From Moniliella sp. 'wahieum' (taxonomy: Eukaryota), in NCBI GenBank assembly GCA_003971905.1, contig RSEE01000027.1, positions 124,001 to 188,000 of the forward strand: a stretch of 64,000 bases of DNA. The letters run 5' to 3'. Made by a program: the position numbers and the translations under genes. Within the stretch, counting starts at the first letter, position 1. Every line of letters starts with the position of its first letter. This document shows positions 1-13,800 of this stretch, one piece after another. Under the pieces are notes generated by a model. The model made no database searches. It had not been told where the DNA came from and saw nothing but the letters and a program-made list of their open reading frames with translations.

Positions 1-2424
1 GAGACGCAACGCAGTCTATCATCATGGTACCGCAAGCTCACCGGCCTGAAACGCATAATATTAGGAACGGGGGGAAGCAGCAAGGGAAACCGAGGACTGT
101 ATACACAACCACTACAGTGTCTGTAAATTGCTCAGTACGCAGTTGGCTACAGTTCGCACATTCACGGGGTGTGGGTACAACGCGTAGTCAATACTAACGA
201 GACCGGCGTTAAGATATATCTGTACTACAGCTTATTTTGGATTGCGCACCAAGTGGCTAACCTTTTAGCTCAATCCTTCCTGACTACATAGTCGTGTTTG
301 TTGCCTCCCTGTCGCAGTGAATATAGTGGCATGGTATTTTGCGTGAGTTCTGTTACAAAAGGGGCGGGACATACGTATACACCTTCATTAACGTTTAACC
401 TCAGGCTTCAGGTTCAGGCTGAAGCTGAAGCCTCACTACTGGAGTATAATTGTAGTCATCTAAGAGTAAATCGGTTTCCTTTAAGATGTAAGACCCCAGT
501 GAGATCTAATACATCATTAAGTGTTCACATGGTGTGGGTTGTGCGCTTCCCGACACGTTGTTTGCCACGCACGGCCCCATATGCATTCTGAGTATGTTGG
601 ACGTTGGCGTAGAACGTTGAGCGAGGCAAACTCTCACATATATACTCTGCAGGTGAGGGGCGTAGCTTCAATAAGTATATTGCACTCAATGCTGTTGCAA
701 TACGCGGTTGTGGCTCTTCTACCTTGGGGGCTGCGGTCATGAATCGTCCGGATACAGACGATCCCTCAGCTAATCTCGTAAGCAAGAGGGGAAATGAGAC
801 TCTCCAAACCGCGGCTTCTATACTCTCTTTCAAGTATACCCCCGAAAGGTATATGCCGATTCCAATAAGATATCCCACTCAGTAGTCTATTTGCATATGT
901 TTTGGAGAGAGTGAGATCAAAGAGGAAAAAACATGACTCTCTGGAAGTTGCCTGAGGTTGGTAAGGTGGAGCGAACACCCCCCCCTGTCATCGCACATAT
1001 CTTTTCATTGAGTGAGTATATACGTTACTGTGCTGCACATGCGGTTCTTCACGATGAACAGTAGGGCCTCTCGTATACATGCACTAGTCCCCGTCTGGCA
1101 CGAGTTTTTCCGAGCCATGATCATGTTACAGGTTAAATAACAACCACACTCATCTTGATGGCAATGCATAACTCTCGTTGGTTTGGTTGCGGGTCCACTG
1201 TGTTTGCCGCGAGACTCCCTGGCGTCAGAGAAACAAAGATGGAAGTTTCTCCACCATCACTTTTGCGCCACACAGAAGCCCTCTTCGAATGTTTTGGAGT
1301 CTCTGTTCTTGCTTACCACTGGCTCTATCAGGCCTGTATAGAGAACGGTTGTACACGTTTAACGGGGGGACAGTCGGGCGTCAAGCTTCACTTAGGAGGA
1401 CGGTGGAAACGTGTATAAAACTCACAGGAGTCTCTCTCTCCGTGATCGCGCTTTGCACACTTCTCTGAGACCAAGGACAATACTGGAAAAGTAGTCATTG
1501 GGAGGTGTGATGCCCGACGAATTCGTCCTAGCTGGCGGGCGGGCGATAGACGGCGAACCAGACTGGCTGACTGGCTGGCCGCCAGTTAGAGCCCGCGCCA
1601 GCGCCTGTTGCGGCAACTTGGGGAGGATGATCGATGAGGTCGAGGTGGGAGGAACCCCCCAAGCACCATGCATCATCCATCTGTGCATCGCCCTCTGGCC
1701 ATGTGCCCCGCTTCACGCTTCAAGCGTCATCCTTCAAGTCTAGCCATCACGCGTCATGTATCACACATCATCCATTGCGTACGCTGTATCATCGATCCAT
1801 CATCGATCACTCCTTCTCTCCTCACATACTGGAGGGAAGCCGCTCTTCGCAGCTCCAGCTCTTCCAATACCGAATACTGACTAGGGGGCTTCGGCCCTCC
1901 TCCTGACTAGTGGATACGCTGAATTGCGACATGTAGCGGTTGGGTGGGGGGCGCGTCGCTTTGCCTACCATCATCATCAGTGCCACCGCCGGACGCAAGC
2001 ACGCGCATAGCAACGGAAGCGAGCACAACAGCAGGCCACGAAAGAGTTTCTCCCATTTGGTGTGCCGTGTTGCCCTCTCTCCGCAGGCGACCTATCACCA
2101 CAAGACCCTTGGTTTAGGCCGGCTGGCCCATTCTCGCAGCTTCGCTTCGTGTGTGGGAAGCTACCACACCATCTCGTTAAGCTGCCACTGCCACATCCCG
2201 CACCGCTTCTTAGCCTCGCTCTCCTTGGCTCTCGCCTAACCGCCTTCCGTCCCTCTTCCTCTTTCTCAGCCCGCCTCGTTTGGGAACCTCACCACTGTGC
2301 ACAGTGGATTCCCTTGACCCGCTTCCATCGCAATCCTCCCTGCATGCAGTACGGCAGCGAATCCACTCCTCATCATCTGATCACTACCCCTATTGGGCCC
2401 AACGTTACATCTTCCGGGAACGCC

Positions 2425-3777
2425 ATGACCGACGACCCTCGCCGGTTTGAATATCCTAGCGTGGCACGCACGCAGCCGCTACAGCAGTCCCAGCTGTCCG
2501 CCCCCAACTCCTCGGCGCCCTATGGCGTTACCCACTATGCTTCTTCGTCTAGCAGGGCAGGGTACTTTGACTCCAACGGCGCCCACTACTCAGCCACCCA
2601 ACAGGTCCCAGTTGGCCCCGATGGCCGCTTGTTACTTCAGTCGCAAATTTCACCCATTACCCAGACGGGCCAAGCAAGCGGACTTACGATGACTGCGCCA
2701 TCCCCAGCTGCAAACATATCAACAGCTACACAAGCCCAAGGGTCATCTTGGGGCTCTATGACCATGGGTCCAACAGGCGCCGGTACGTTTTGCCCCCTCC
2801 TCTCTTGTCTGCCTTTCGTTCTTTCCTTTGCTCCTGCAGCACAGAAGCTGATTTGTTCCCTGTACCCAGTGACCGGGCTGATTCCTTCCCAAACCAATGC
2901 GCCTCCGCTGGTGGGCGACTCAGGAACAGTGTACCCTCGCCCCCCCTTGGAGGGGATGGTAGGCCACCGCTCCTCTCATTCCACCTTGGGTGAGCGCCCG
3001 TATTCCTCGGAAGACAGTCTGGCCCCAGGATCGGGGCTACGAGCAAGCATCGGGGCGGCAAGTGGGTCGGCTCGCCGGTCCAACGATACGTTGGGTGCCT
3101 CATCCTTGGCCAACAGACACTACCGTGCAAGGTCCTGCGGAACCAGCGCAGTCCACCAGCCTCAATCAGACCTCTCTGTCCCGGAGTGACAGTGATCCGA
3201 GCTCACAAAAAGCCGGCAACGCACCTGTCACTTTGGGTGTGCCCATCTTTGTTGGCGACATTGTCACCCGCACAATCCGCGGGCGACGCAAGCGCCCGAT
3301 TCCCCAAGACCCTAGCAAGCTGACTCAGATCGATGCCCCCATCCCAGCGCGGCGCAAGATGTTCAAAGTGCCGTCCAACCAGGAAAGAGCGAATGAAGAG
3401 GGCGGCAACTCAGACACTGAGAAGGGGGGAATGCAGCTCCAACGCGGGTCGAAGCGCAAGTACAAATCGACCGAGACCGTCGACGCGTTGGAAGCCCAAC
3501 GGATCCGGACACCTTGGCCGCACGGCGCCATCGCCTCCACAAGGCCCAGCAATGGCGGGAGATGCAAGTCCAGCTGGACACGCTTCGAGCTCGGAACCAG
3601 GAGCTGGAAGGATCGTACGCTGGACTCGACATGCAGCGCTTGCGGGACGAGAATGCGAGCTTGCGCCAAAAAGGCGCAGCGCTCGAGTATGAGTTGCATA
3701 TGCTCAGACTTAGAAACCAAAGCCTTCAAGGCGAGCTCAGCCGTTCTTCTGAAGCGCGGCGGAACATGCCATACTAG
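2425..3777 (+). CDS. Putative bZIP transcription factor (Gcn4-like basic region + leucine zipper), frameshifted in assembly
   Basis: ATG at 2425; probable intron 2783-2869 (GTACGT...GCTGAT...CAG); C-terminal QRIR/TLAARRHRLHKAQQWREMQVQLDTLRARNQEL resembles the Gcn4 basic region NTEAARRSRARK followed by heptad leucines (ORFs 2990..3901 and 3514..3777); stop TAG at 3775-3777. Confidence 0.65.
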
Positions 3778-5081
3778 GACGAACGCCTTTCTTCTTCGGG
3801 AATCACCTACCCAAACGAGAGTGTGGGTAGGTGGCTCGTATATTACTCTCGTCGCGTGTGTCCCTTTCCCCCCGCGCCCTCTCTCTTCCCAAAGTTGTTG
3901 ATCCAAAAGGCAAGAACAAAAGTTTCAACTACACGTGGAGCTAGCCTTTCTCTTCACCCCTCTCCCACCCCTTTTCCCCACCTCCTCTCCCCACACTCCT
4001 CTCCGCGCTCTTCAACCGACGATTAACTTAGCGTAGGTGAAACTTCCCACCCTGCATGATGAAGTGTTGTCCTGAGTTGGCATATATTGATCTACTGTGT
4101 TCGGATTGGACCAGAGCCATCCTCGCTCCTGCTTCTCTCCTCCTTCGACCTATACACGTAAAATAAAATTTCCGGGATTCGTTTTCCCGCGACGGTTCTG
4201 TTGCCGCTTTTTTATATCCCCCCCCCATTTCTCCCTTCCCCCTCTGTCGCGCGTGGCTAATACCTCGCGCAACCCTTGGGTTTGAGCTTGAAACCGCCGG
4301 TATCGTCCAACTCGCCCCGGACTCCGTTCACCCAAACCCTCCCACTGTATCGTCTCGTATCTATTCTATTATCTTTCGCATCCTCAGAGAACTGCTCACC
4401 ATGGGGCGTTGTGATCGAGACGCGGCGCATTTTACACTGTGTGGTCAAGGCGCGCGGGACCCGGGGTCGTTCCTTTTTGATTGTGTACTTTGATCTTCCG
4501 CTTCGTGCTTCCTCTTTCCGTGCGGGCTTTAGGATCTTCGACCTTTTTCTTATTCATGAGTCACTCTGCGGGTCTGAGATGGGGGTCTCCTCCACACTTA
4601 TTTTTTGGTCAGCCGCTGGATGGTTTATGTGTGGTCTTTCCGTCGCTTTGATCTGTTTTCCTGAATACCAGTAGTAGTAGTGGGGAGGCATCAGCATAGG
4701 CGTGTCCAATAACGGGAACGAACATACGGTAATGTTGCGGTGACTTGCGAGTGTGCCACTCTCCAGGTGAATCCAGCTATGGTATAGAGTACGGGCATGA
4801 TAGAGGATATCTGGTCTGAGAGAGAGGATGAGGCCATCGTCTGCCAAACACTATGGAAGAACAGGTGCGCTTGTGAACCTCAGAGAGCGTAGTGAGTCAG
4901 CCGTGCATATGGAAGTAGGACTAGCCCGTTCGTTTCGGTAGCGGTGTTGGTGAAGGAAGGAACTTCAAAAAACTACACGAAGATACGACCCACCGTAGCA
5001 CCGTAGCCACCGTTCCCGGTCCACCGTGTCCACGCTGGAACCACGCTGGAGCTGAAATCATAGGAACAATGTGCGGGTGGT

Positions 5082-5599
5082 GGGGATCAGGAATGGAGGT
5101 GGAACACACGCTGCGCAACACGGGAGGCAGGAGGGGCAGAGCGCGCACTGGAAGGTACATGAGAGACTGCGACACCTTTGGAACGCCGGGAGAAGGAGCT
5201 GCTTCGGCTGCTGGAACAAGCAGAATGCAACAAAAAGAACGCCAAGTACCAGGCACGCACCCGAAGAACCGTTTTTCCCATGGGTTTGACGACGCGAGGA
5301 TACTATGCCAACAAGACAGCGGGCAATATGCTTGGGAACTGGAAGGATGATGGTGACTACTACTGCCTCTCAATGAAGATGGTTCACCGCTCGGATGTCT
5401 TCCACCTTCATCCGTATCCACACGCGCTTCCGCGGGGGTATGGGAATGGATGGCGGGCACCCGAGGGTCCTGATCCCCTGGCGATCCCCCTGGAACCTTA
5501 AGCGGGGTTGGCGCTATCAAGCAGCCCGCAGGATAAACGGGTCGGTTTAGACACAGCGTTTCTTTGTCCCAGTCTTAAGCAGCTTAAGCTCTGTCAATG
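5082..5599 (+). mobile_element. 5'-truncated, diverged copy of the CRE-clade non-LTR retrotransposon (endonuclease C-terminus + 3' UTR)
   Basis: Colinear similarity to the reverse complement of about 46180-46685, e.g. GGATCAGGAATGGAGGT..CACACGCTGCGC, GAACAAGCAGAATGC, CGCTCGGATGTC, GAGGGTCCTGAT..CCTGGCGATCCCCCTGG, GGTTTAGAC; peptide GSGMEVEHTLR vs GSGMEVDHTLR. Confidence 0.85.
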
Positions 5600-6472
5600 T
5601 TACACCCTCCGCGACCAGATCGATATATAGGAGTTACATACTATACATCCCGGCGCCCTCTGCCTACGATTTGGGACAACCATCCTATATAGCCAGTACT
5701 GTCTTTTGCGCCCATGATTTTTGCCGCCACTACGCACGAAGAACTTAATTTCCGTCGCCGAGGCTCTAGGTACTTCAAACCCAACAACAGCGAGAAATCG
5801 ATTGGGAAGAGAAAGCGGGAACGAGGTGGTAGTTGGGAGAAAGAGATCAGAGTGCCATGAGCATGCATGAGAGAAACTGTGGGGTCTGTGGGGCCTGTGG
5901 GGTCTGCAGTGCACATCGCAGCCTAGAGTGGCTTAGCCCTTGACCCGTAGCGATCGTATAATGATCGAGTAGCATCGACATGAGCCCGCATTATCATAGG
6001 TCTTGAGTGTCAGCGACACTCGCATCCGATTGGGTTGCTCGTGCCTGGCGTGAGCGAAAAGAACCAAAGCCACAGGCAGCGAGGTGCTATGGGGAAGGAA
6101 GAGGGGAAGCTGGAGCAAATGTATTAGATCGTGCCATCACGAAGGGGCCCGGGGGCAGCGCAGTTTACTCGGCCTGGGAGGAGAGATATCCAGCAGGGGG
6201 GTGGAAAGAGGAGGCAAGTGAGTGCGATCAACGTTCAACTTCAACATGGAGGCAGAAAGTGCATGCAAATAGGGGGGGGGGGGAGTAAGGGGAGGAGGAC
6301 AGAGAGAGAGAGTGTGGGGGGGGGGGGGGGGGGGGGTGGTAAATGCCCGCTTCTGGTTCGGTGCGGGGAAATGGGCGAGGAGGGCAAAGGAGTGCGCCGC
6401 GCGGGGAATGAGAAATGAGATCGGAGAGCCGCCTGCGCCGGTCTGGTGCCAACACCTTGCCATGGGGCGTCC

Positions 6473-6532
6473 CGCAAGAGCAAGAGCAAGAGCAAGAGCA
6501 AGAGCAAGAGCAAGAGCAAGAGCAAGAGCAAG
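6473..6532. repeat. (GCAAGA)n hexanucleotide microsatellite, about 10 copies; poly-G tracts nearby (about 6272-6283 and 6315-6336)
   Basis: Direct reading of sequence. Confidence 0.95.
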
Positions 6533-6545
6533 AAGGGGGCAACGA

Positions 6546-8287
6546 CTAGGTTGGACGAGGTGGCAAAGGGGGTAACTCGGGTGGCTTGGGTGCTTGGGGC
6601 GAAACACTTTCGTCCCCTCGGCTCGTTCTGCCACTCGTCCTCTCAATCAACTCTTCCAGGAAGATGCGCATCGGCTGGCCCTCCTCCACCTCGTCCACCA
6701 CGATCCATTCTCGATTCTCGGACGTCGGTTGGCCGAGGGCGGCGCGGCTGGCTTGGCTGGTCGGCTCGAGGCTTCCATGTCCTTGACCACCAGCCCGGCC
6801 CGGACCGGACCCGGACCCCGCCGCGTCGCCGTTTGCACTCGGTTCGCCCGGCTTGGGCGAGACAGGCTCAGCGACAGCCGCGGAGCCAGCCAGAGCTGTC
6901 GTACATTCTCTGCGTCCCGCCAGCGGGGGCAAACATCATGCCAAAGATCGAGGAGCGTTTGGCGTGGCGCGGAGTGGAGAGCGGCTGGGCGGCATCTTGC
7001 ACCCAGTGTCGGAATTTGTCGCCGGTTCGGTTCGGGGGCCGAGGCGGTGGCGTGCGACGAGGCGTCGCCAGCCATCAACAACGTGCCCAATTTGCCACCC
7101 ACCACGGAGGGTGGCCGCGGCCAGGACGAGCGGTCTCGTGGGCGGGCTTGGAAGGACTGCTAGACAAGGGTAGCATGCGAGGAGGGCGCCGTCGAACTCG
7201 TAGGTGCATTGTGGGCCAAGGTGGAGGTGACCGATTGCTGCCGCTGGCGCAAGGGTCCAACTCGGCCTCTGCTTTCACTTCCTCTTTCAAGTCCAACAGC
7301 GTGCGTTCCCGCGCCGCAATCTCGCTAACAAATCATGACTACGAGAACGAGCGTATCCCCTCGGACGTGGCTTGGCGCACGGGTTGAGGAGCGAATCGGG
7401 ATTGGGCTGCGCCGGCAGGGAGGCAAGAGGCTCCGCCGCGCGGTCATTGAGCTGGAGCGAGAAGGCGTGGGACTGGGCAGGTCGTTGGCCGCCGGCGCGA
7501 GGCCAAACGTGCCATTTGCGCGCGGTACCGGCACCGGAACGGGTATAACGGAGCGAGGAAGCGCGTCCGCTAACCGGCCCGAAGCGCTCGCGGGGATGAG
7601 GGGGACGGGTCCGTGTCAGTCCGGTCCGGACGCGGGACCAAGCCGGGTCCGTCGGGCAAGGCCGCAGGATCTGTACGGACGAGCTGCCCGTCAGAAGTGA
7701 CATGCACAGAGGAGGAGCGCGACAGCGGCGGTGTGCGCCCGACACGTAGTTCAGGCTGCTGCGGTGCGAGGCAGAGCGCGCACTTCGTTGCGACGGTGTT
7801 CGCCCATTGCCGAGCGCTGGGACAGGGTGCGTTGCACCACCCGCTCCTCGGGGCCGGGCGCTGGCGCCTTGGGAGGGGAAGGAACAGAGGGAAGCAACGC
7901 AGGGTGGGGGGCGCAGGCGCAGGTGGGGGGCTGGCACTGAGGCTGGCGCTCAGACTGGGGCTGGGGCTGGGGCTGCGACTGAGACTGGGACTGCGGTGCG
8001 GCTGCGGGTGGGGCGACGCCCAGGGCCAGACGGAAAGGCAGAGAGGGGGTATCCTTTCCCCTGGAGCGCTGTGGGGTGTTGTAGGAGGAGGAGAGGGGGG
8101 GGCAGTCGGGCTCGGGGTCGGGGTCGGGGTCGAGCGCGAGGCTGGTGGCAGAGCTGGCGGCGGCAGACACCTGGTCGCTGGGGGTGTCGGAGGAGCTGTC
8201 CTGGAGCGCTGGTGGCTGCGTGTGTGGGCGCGGGGTGGTGGCGGTGGGGGGCGGGACGGTCGGGGGGCGGGGGCGGGCGGGCGGCAT
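6546..8287 (-). CDS. Hypothetical low-complexity protein with a short coiled coil (possibly DUF4048/Tda11-like)
   Basis: Overlapping minus-strand ORFs 7751..8431, 7325..7534, 7075..7296, 6647..7105 and 6546..6932 join into a plausible protein; segment EIAARERTLLDLKEEVKAEAEL resembles, from memory, a fungal AAxERRVLELREEL coiled coil; C-rich 5' end like other genes here. Confidence 0.45.
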
Positions 8288-8940
8288 GGCGAGGGGAGAG
8301 GGGGTGGTGGGGGAGCACGAAGGCGGATGGAGGCGTGGGTTGCGGGAGCGTGCGCGATGCGATGGGATGAGCTGCTGCTGCTGCGCTGCAGCAGAGCCAG
8401 CGTGTTCCACACGCCACACGTCACGCGTCACGTGTCACCGCCTCACCACGCCGCTGCTCTGCGTCCTCCCGCGCCAGGGCTGGCAGGGGGGCAGTGGGCG
8501 GCGCGCGCCATGCTGTGGTCCGCGCAGCTTTGAAATTGCAGCGGCTGCGCCATGCGGACTGGGGCCATGCAGTCCAATGGCATGAATATGCATGCGCTGC
8601 GGCTGCCCGCGTGCCGCTGCCGGCCGCACCGCAGCAGCCGCGTTTGGCAAGCGACGACGCTCCACCGGCTGTCCAGTCGCAGCTCAGCGCTCGGCAGCAG
8701 CCAACGTGCCTGTCACATCACGTGCGCCGCCTTCCCTTGCACGCGGCATGTCCTCCGCCCCACCTCGGCTGCCAATTGGGTGCCCCGGCCTTGCCTCTAC
8801 GGATAATAGCAATGCAACTAGCTACAATGATTAATGATTAATGATGCTAATGGTGTGGACGAAAAGAACATATAAACAAGCGGGTGGACAAGGGAGCGCA
8901 GGGCAAGAAGGCAGGCAGGAAAGACAATTCAGCTTGCTAG

Positions 8941-10832
8941 TCAAGCAAACAAGCAAGCAAGCATCACTGGTCCAAACATAGGACGACAGGCCGGGCTCGA
9001 AAACGCAGGTCGGCTGTGCGTTGGTTCAGCGCGACCGTCATGGTGGTCTGGTTGTTGCATGAGTTTCCACCACCAGGCCGTAGCGGGTGGCAGTCCGGTT
9101 CCAGGGCGCGGAGAACGCAAGCGCCTCGCCACAGGACTGGCCCTTGGCCATCGTCGCGTTCATCGACGTGGCCGGCCCGCCGCCAAGCGGGTGAGGTCGG
9201 ACGAGGCAACGGCCATGTGCTGCATCATGATGCTCTGCAGGCTCGGCTGCACCGACGTGGGGTCAATTTCGATTGTGCCCTTGCAATTTTGGCACACGGT
9301 CGAGCCCAAGTGCGGGCCATAGTTGCTGTTGAGCGCCAGGTTCCAGCCAGGATCGAACTAAAGTTGTGCGAAAGCATAGGGAAAAAGATATTCTGCGACC
9401 ACCAACGGAGTTGTCGACATTGGTCGACGTCGTGTCCTGCCCGAGCATTCGGTCATGGCCATGCGCAAGTTGGCAGCTTGGTTCCCAAGCGCATTTCGCA
9501 CCGATTGGGCACCCTCCCAGCTTCCATTGTAGCAGTTGCCACGAGATGCATCGACGCTGGACGCGTTCTGCTTGACGATCGTCTCGGCCGCATCCGAGTG
9601 CACAAAGTCGTCCTCCAGCCCCCAGAGGAGCGTGTCGCCGTACCCCAGCTCGCCCAGCCGGCCCCGCAGCGTGTTGAGCAGCTGGATTTGCAGGCCCGTT
9701 GCCATCACCATCGAAGGGTACGGCATCGAGTTAAATGGTTCGTTTTGCACTGCCAACGCCCACGGTTTGACCCCGACCGCCGTGTGGAATGCTTGGACGG
9801 AGCGGGCCAAGTACTCGGCCAAGAGCGCGGTCATCCCATTGCTGAGCGAACCGCCATTGACGTTATCGTTGCTCTTCATCCAGGCCGGCGGCGACCAGGG
9901 CAGGATGCTGATTTTGATCGTCGGGTTGACCGCCAAAATGTCGCGCAGGACGGGGAAGATGTACGTGTTGGCGCCCTTGGTGGTGAACTTGGACAGCAGA
10001 TCGGACGAGGAGCCTTGGTGATCGGCAAAGGTATAGGTCTGGTCGGGCAAACTGTAATCCGATGCGCCAATCGGGACGCGGATGATGTTGAGTCCCGAAC
10101 GACGATTGAAGAGCGAGTGGAGCGTGCTGTTGTACACACTCGCATTGCTCGTCTTGATCTGCATCAAGAGCGACGCACTGGCATCGGTTAGCGACGCGCC
10201 AAAACCATCAATCGGCGTGTTGGGCGCATGTGGATCACAATGTCGGCCGCACTGGTGTTGGTTCCATTCCAGTGGAGCGTAAGTGGTGTCCATTCGAATG
10301 GGTTGGTCAGGGCGCCGTACGGAGACTGTCCACCCGCACAAAAAAATGATCAGTTTTCCCCATTAGGTCTGGCGAGCAGAAGCGGGATCCAGGTCGGCAC
10401 GTACGGTGTAATAGCCACTCTCCAGCATCCCAGCCTGCGAATCGTCCTGGCCGGGCGGAACGGCAACTTGGTTGCCGCCGGGAAGGCCGAAGGCATAGGA
10501 GACTTGCTTGTGTTTGTGTGCTTCTTCAGTCCTGCACCGAGACCTGCACCAAGCTGGAGACGGCAAAAAAATCAATGTTAGAGCTAGAAAAGAGGTGGGG
10601 GGGAGGGGGATCGGTCCGATCCATCACATAGATGGTCGGTACCAATGCTTACTGCAACGGCCAAAACAACAACGACAGCGACGAGGGTGACAAGTGGCCA
10701 GAAGAAGCGGGAGCGGCGGCGGGCTGGGGGCTTAGACTCGGGCACCTCGGGGGGGGCATAGAGGGGCGTGGTAGTGACCTTGCTCTCGAAGGGCGTGCCG
10801 GTAGAGTATGCGAGTGTTGACGCGGAAGCCAT
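8941..10832 (-). CDS. Glycoside hydrolase family 30 (endo-beta-1,6-glucanase/glucosylceramidase-like) with N-terminal type II membrane anchor
   Basis: Motifs IDGFGASLTDAS, IRVPIGASDYS, PWSPPAWMK, AVQNEP (acid/base Glu) and MTECSG (nucleophile Glu); first exon RRRSRFFWPLVTLVAVVVVLAVA joins LGAGLGAGLKK across intron 10554-10652 (GTAAGC...CTAAC...CAG). 3' end approximate. Confidence 0.88.
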
Positions 10833-13800
10833 GGCCAGGATCAGAAGGGTTACTCAGACGGGCAAGGTGGGCTGGGCGAAAGGCTAAGGACGCAGCGCTG
10901 GGATGCGCCGGGGCGGACGGTGTACAGTCGCAGGGAAGGCACGCGTGGCCTAGAAGGCGGCGGCAGGCGGGACGAGGCGGGATGAAGCAAAGGAGAAAAA
11001 AAGTGAGGGTGGGTGGGTAGGAGGGAGAGATGGCGTAGGCGAGTCCGAGTACCGCTCGAGAATAAGCGTACTCAGTACTCAGATCTCAGACTGAGTACTG
11101 ACTAGCTACGGACTAGTGACTAGTGACTAGACTGAGTGCTGTACTGATGTGCAGGTGGGTGGGTCGGACATACTGACACTGTGCAGCCGAGGCAAGAGGG
11201 GGCAGGTGGGTGGCGCGGCAGCAGCCCAGCAGAAACCGAGAACGGGAGCCACGATGCATGAGCCATGTGCTGAGGCGCTGAGGAACTGCGCTGGCGCTCA
11301 TGCATCATGCACTCATGCACTCATGCTTCAAGTGAAGCTTCAAGCGGGCCGCTGCGACGGGGGCGGCGCAGTGCCTGCGTGTGGCTGGCGAGCCGCAGCA
11401 TGCATGCGATCTGAGAGTTTGCGGCTGCGGTGTGCGGCAACAGACTGGTGCGCTGCCCTCCCGGCTGCTCGCTCGTGGATCGCACCCTACCGACGACCGC
11501 AGCCCCTGCAGAGCGCCAGCTGAAAAAATAACCGTCCGGGGGGGCTGCCTGGTGCTGCGCAAGCCCCAGTGACTAGTGACCCCCTGCGCTGCACAGGATG
11601 GTGCCCGCGACGCCACACGTATCGGCAAGGCCAAGGGCGCCACGCCAGTGCGGTGCGCTTGTCTCCGGTACTTGGCATAGATTGCCCCCCTTTTGCGCCG
11701 CGCTTACCTGTACATCATGCATCACAGCACCATGTCACGCCCACGCCCCATTGCGTCCCATTTCCCACAGTGGGAATGGGACAGGCGCTTGCTGATCGTG
11801 CGCGTGATCGACGATGGCCGATGGTCGATGCTCGGGCCCTTGCCGCCCTTGCTGCAACGGGGCAGTCTTGGGCAGTCTCTCATCGGCATCACACGGTCTG
11901 TTGCACCTCGCACCTCGCATCTCACATCTCACATCACATTCACATTCATCACATCCTCAGGTCGGAAGTAGCCGGTGCGAGTAGGCGATAGGCGGTTGAG
12001 ATCGGGGAGATCTGAGATCTGGGAGCACATAGCCCGAACGCTGGGTTGCAGTCCCAGCACTGGCAACCGGTAACGCGCAAGGCCTAAGGCCTAAGGCCTA
12101 AGGCCTAACGAGACTACCTCCACTGGTCACCTTGTCACGTGTAGACCTGCATCTGCTGTGACATAATTGCGATCCATCATCTCAGATCTCATCCGACTCT
12201 CGTTTTGTGTCTCCGTCGTGGACGGGCTCGATCCTCTGTTGGAATATACATCACCAGCATCTCCTCTCTTCCCTGTCGCCGTCAAGTATGCCACCCGCAC
12301 ACTTTCGGTTGCAACACCTGTCCGGTCGCGTACGCGTCCGCGTCATTGATCATTGCCCTTCAAAACAGATACAGCCCGCTCGACGCGATGATCGCATTGT
12401 CGTGTTTATACACTGCACCACATGCGGCAATGGAAGCCAGAGGCCCAGAGATGGAGGTGCAGGCAGCACGGGGGAATGCAGTCTGGTTACCCGTTACGGG
12501 TTACCTGTGAGGCTCTCTCCACCCCGCATGGACAACACATTTCGTCTCAATCAATCCCTTGCTTTAAGTTTTGTTCCTGTCTTTTCGTCGGCGGCTCTCT
12601 ATAGACACACTGGTACCACACCACACACCTCTGCGACGACGCCAGGGAACCAGCACCCGGAGAATGTCGGGAACCTCCGTTGGGTCTCGGCCTGTCTGAC
12701 TGGTTTCGCGTTGCTAATACACAATGGATGAAGGATCGCCAAACGCGCAGGATTATTCCCCTCATCGGCCTCATCTCTCATGTTCCGGAGCTGTGAAATA
12801 GGTACAGAATACGTTTGGTACACAGATATTGCGAAGAGGGTAGCTGGAACCCTCCCCCGTTTCACTTTGATGCTATATACGATTCTATTCCCCTTTTCAC
12901 TTGTGCGCATATAGCCCTTCCACCGGGAGGTATTTTACACGTTGGTGAGCTCCGCTACGTTGACCACCAGTGGTCAAGAGCCCTTCGGCCCTCACTGACA
13001 CGCGTGGCCCGTGGCCCGATACATAGTGCACCGGGGCAGGAGTCCCGGACCCTCCACGAGCTTCTACTGGCTCTGAGCCCGGTGCCCATCACTGCTCATA
13101 TAGGCCTAGCTCTCCTTCGCTCTGGAATACCACCTCCATTCCCCATCGCCAGCATCGCTAGCTAAGCCCGTGACGGCTGTGTGACTGAGCTGTCGAGGGG
13201 CCCATCTTTCGATACGTGCGGGGCCCGGGACACAACGGAGTATCCCGCGTTAAACGAGGGTTAACCGGTATATATACAATGTGTTTCTATTCGACTGCAC
13301 GTGCAAGCCAAGAGAATCATTGATGGATGTGGCAGCGGTGTGTATATCGCCAAATGACTGGTTGTTGCTAGAGTGCGACTGGGAGCACTCGCGATCCTAT
13401 GGATCAGCTGCAAAGCAGCCTTCGGACAAGGCGTGAAGGCAAATTGGTGGGCCACAAGTCTTCAAGCAACGCCTGACGGGAAGGATAAAGGAGAGAGAGA
13501 AGGGAGATGGAGCGAGCAGGGCGTGAGCGGCCTGCGAGCGGAACTCTTCCGCCTGGCTAAGCGAGCGTCATCGATCCATTGAGGGCTGTGCAGGGGAACT
13601 CGTACTACCCTCTAACAGTCGTGCCTATGCCCTTTGCACTTTGCCATTCCCACAACCTCTTCCATCCATGATGCATGACGCGTATGCGCATAAAAACGGT
13701 GAACGTTACTGTCGCAGTCGGGGCTAAGGCGAGGCAGACCGGAGTCTAGACAGGCCAAGGGGGTGTAGGAAACGTTGGTGGGGAAGAAGTAAGAGTATTT

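Noticed and set aside
522..986. LTR preceded by a polypurine tract on the minus strand (G-run then TGTTCG)
   Set aside because: Only weak terminal match, no internal retroelement ORF or second copy in the window.
2783..2869. Stop-free 3n introns (also 62527-62619) as regulated intron retention
   Set aside because: Expected by chance in GC-rich DNA, and lengths are unreliable given indel errors.
12133..13175. Solo LTR (TGTCACG ... CGTGACG)
   Set aside because: Does not end in CA and has no target-site duplication.
13373..13582. Small secreted peptide ORF (LGALAILWISCKAAFG)
   Set aside because: GTG start, no ATG, no supporting homology or splice signals.
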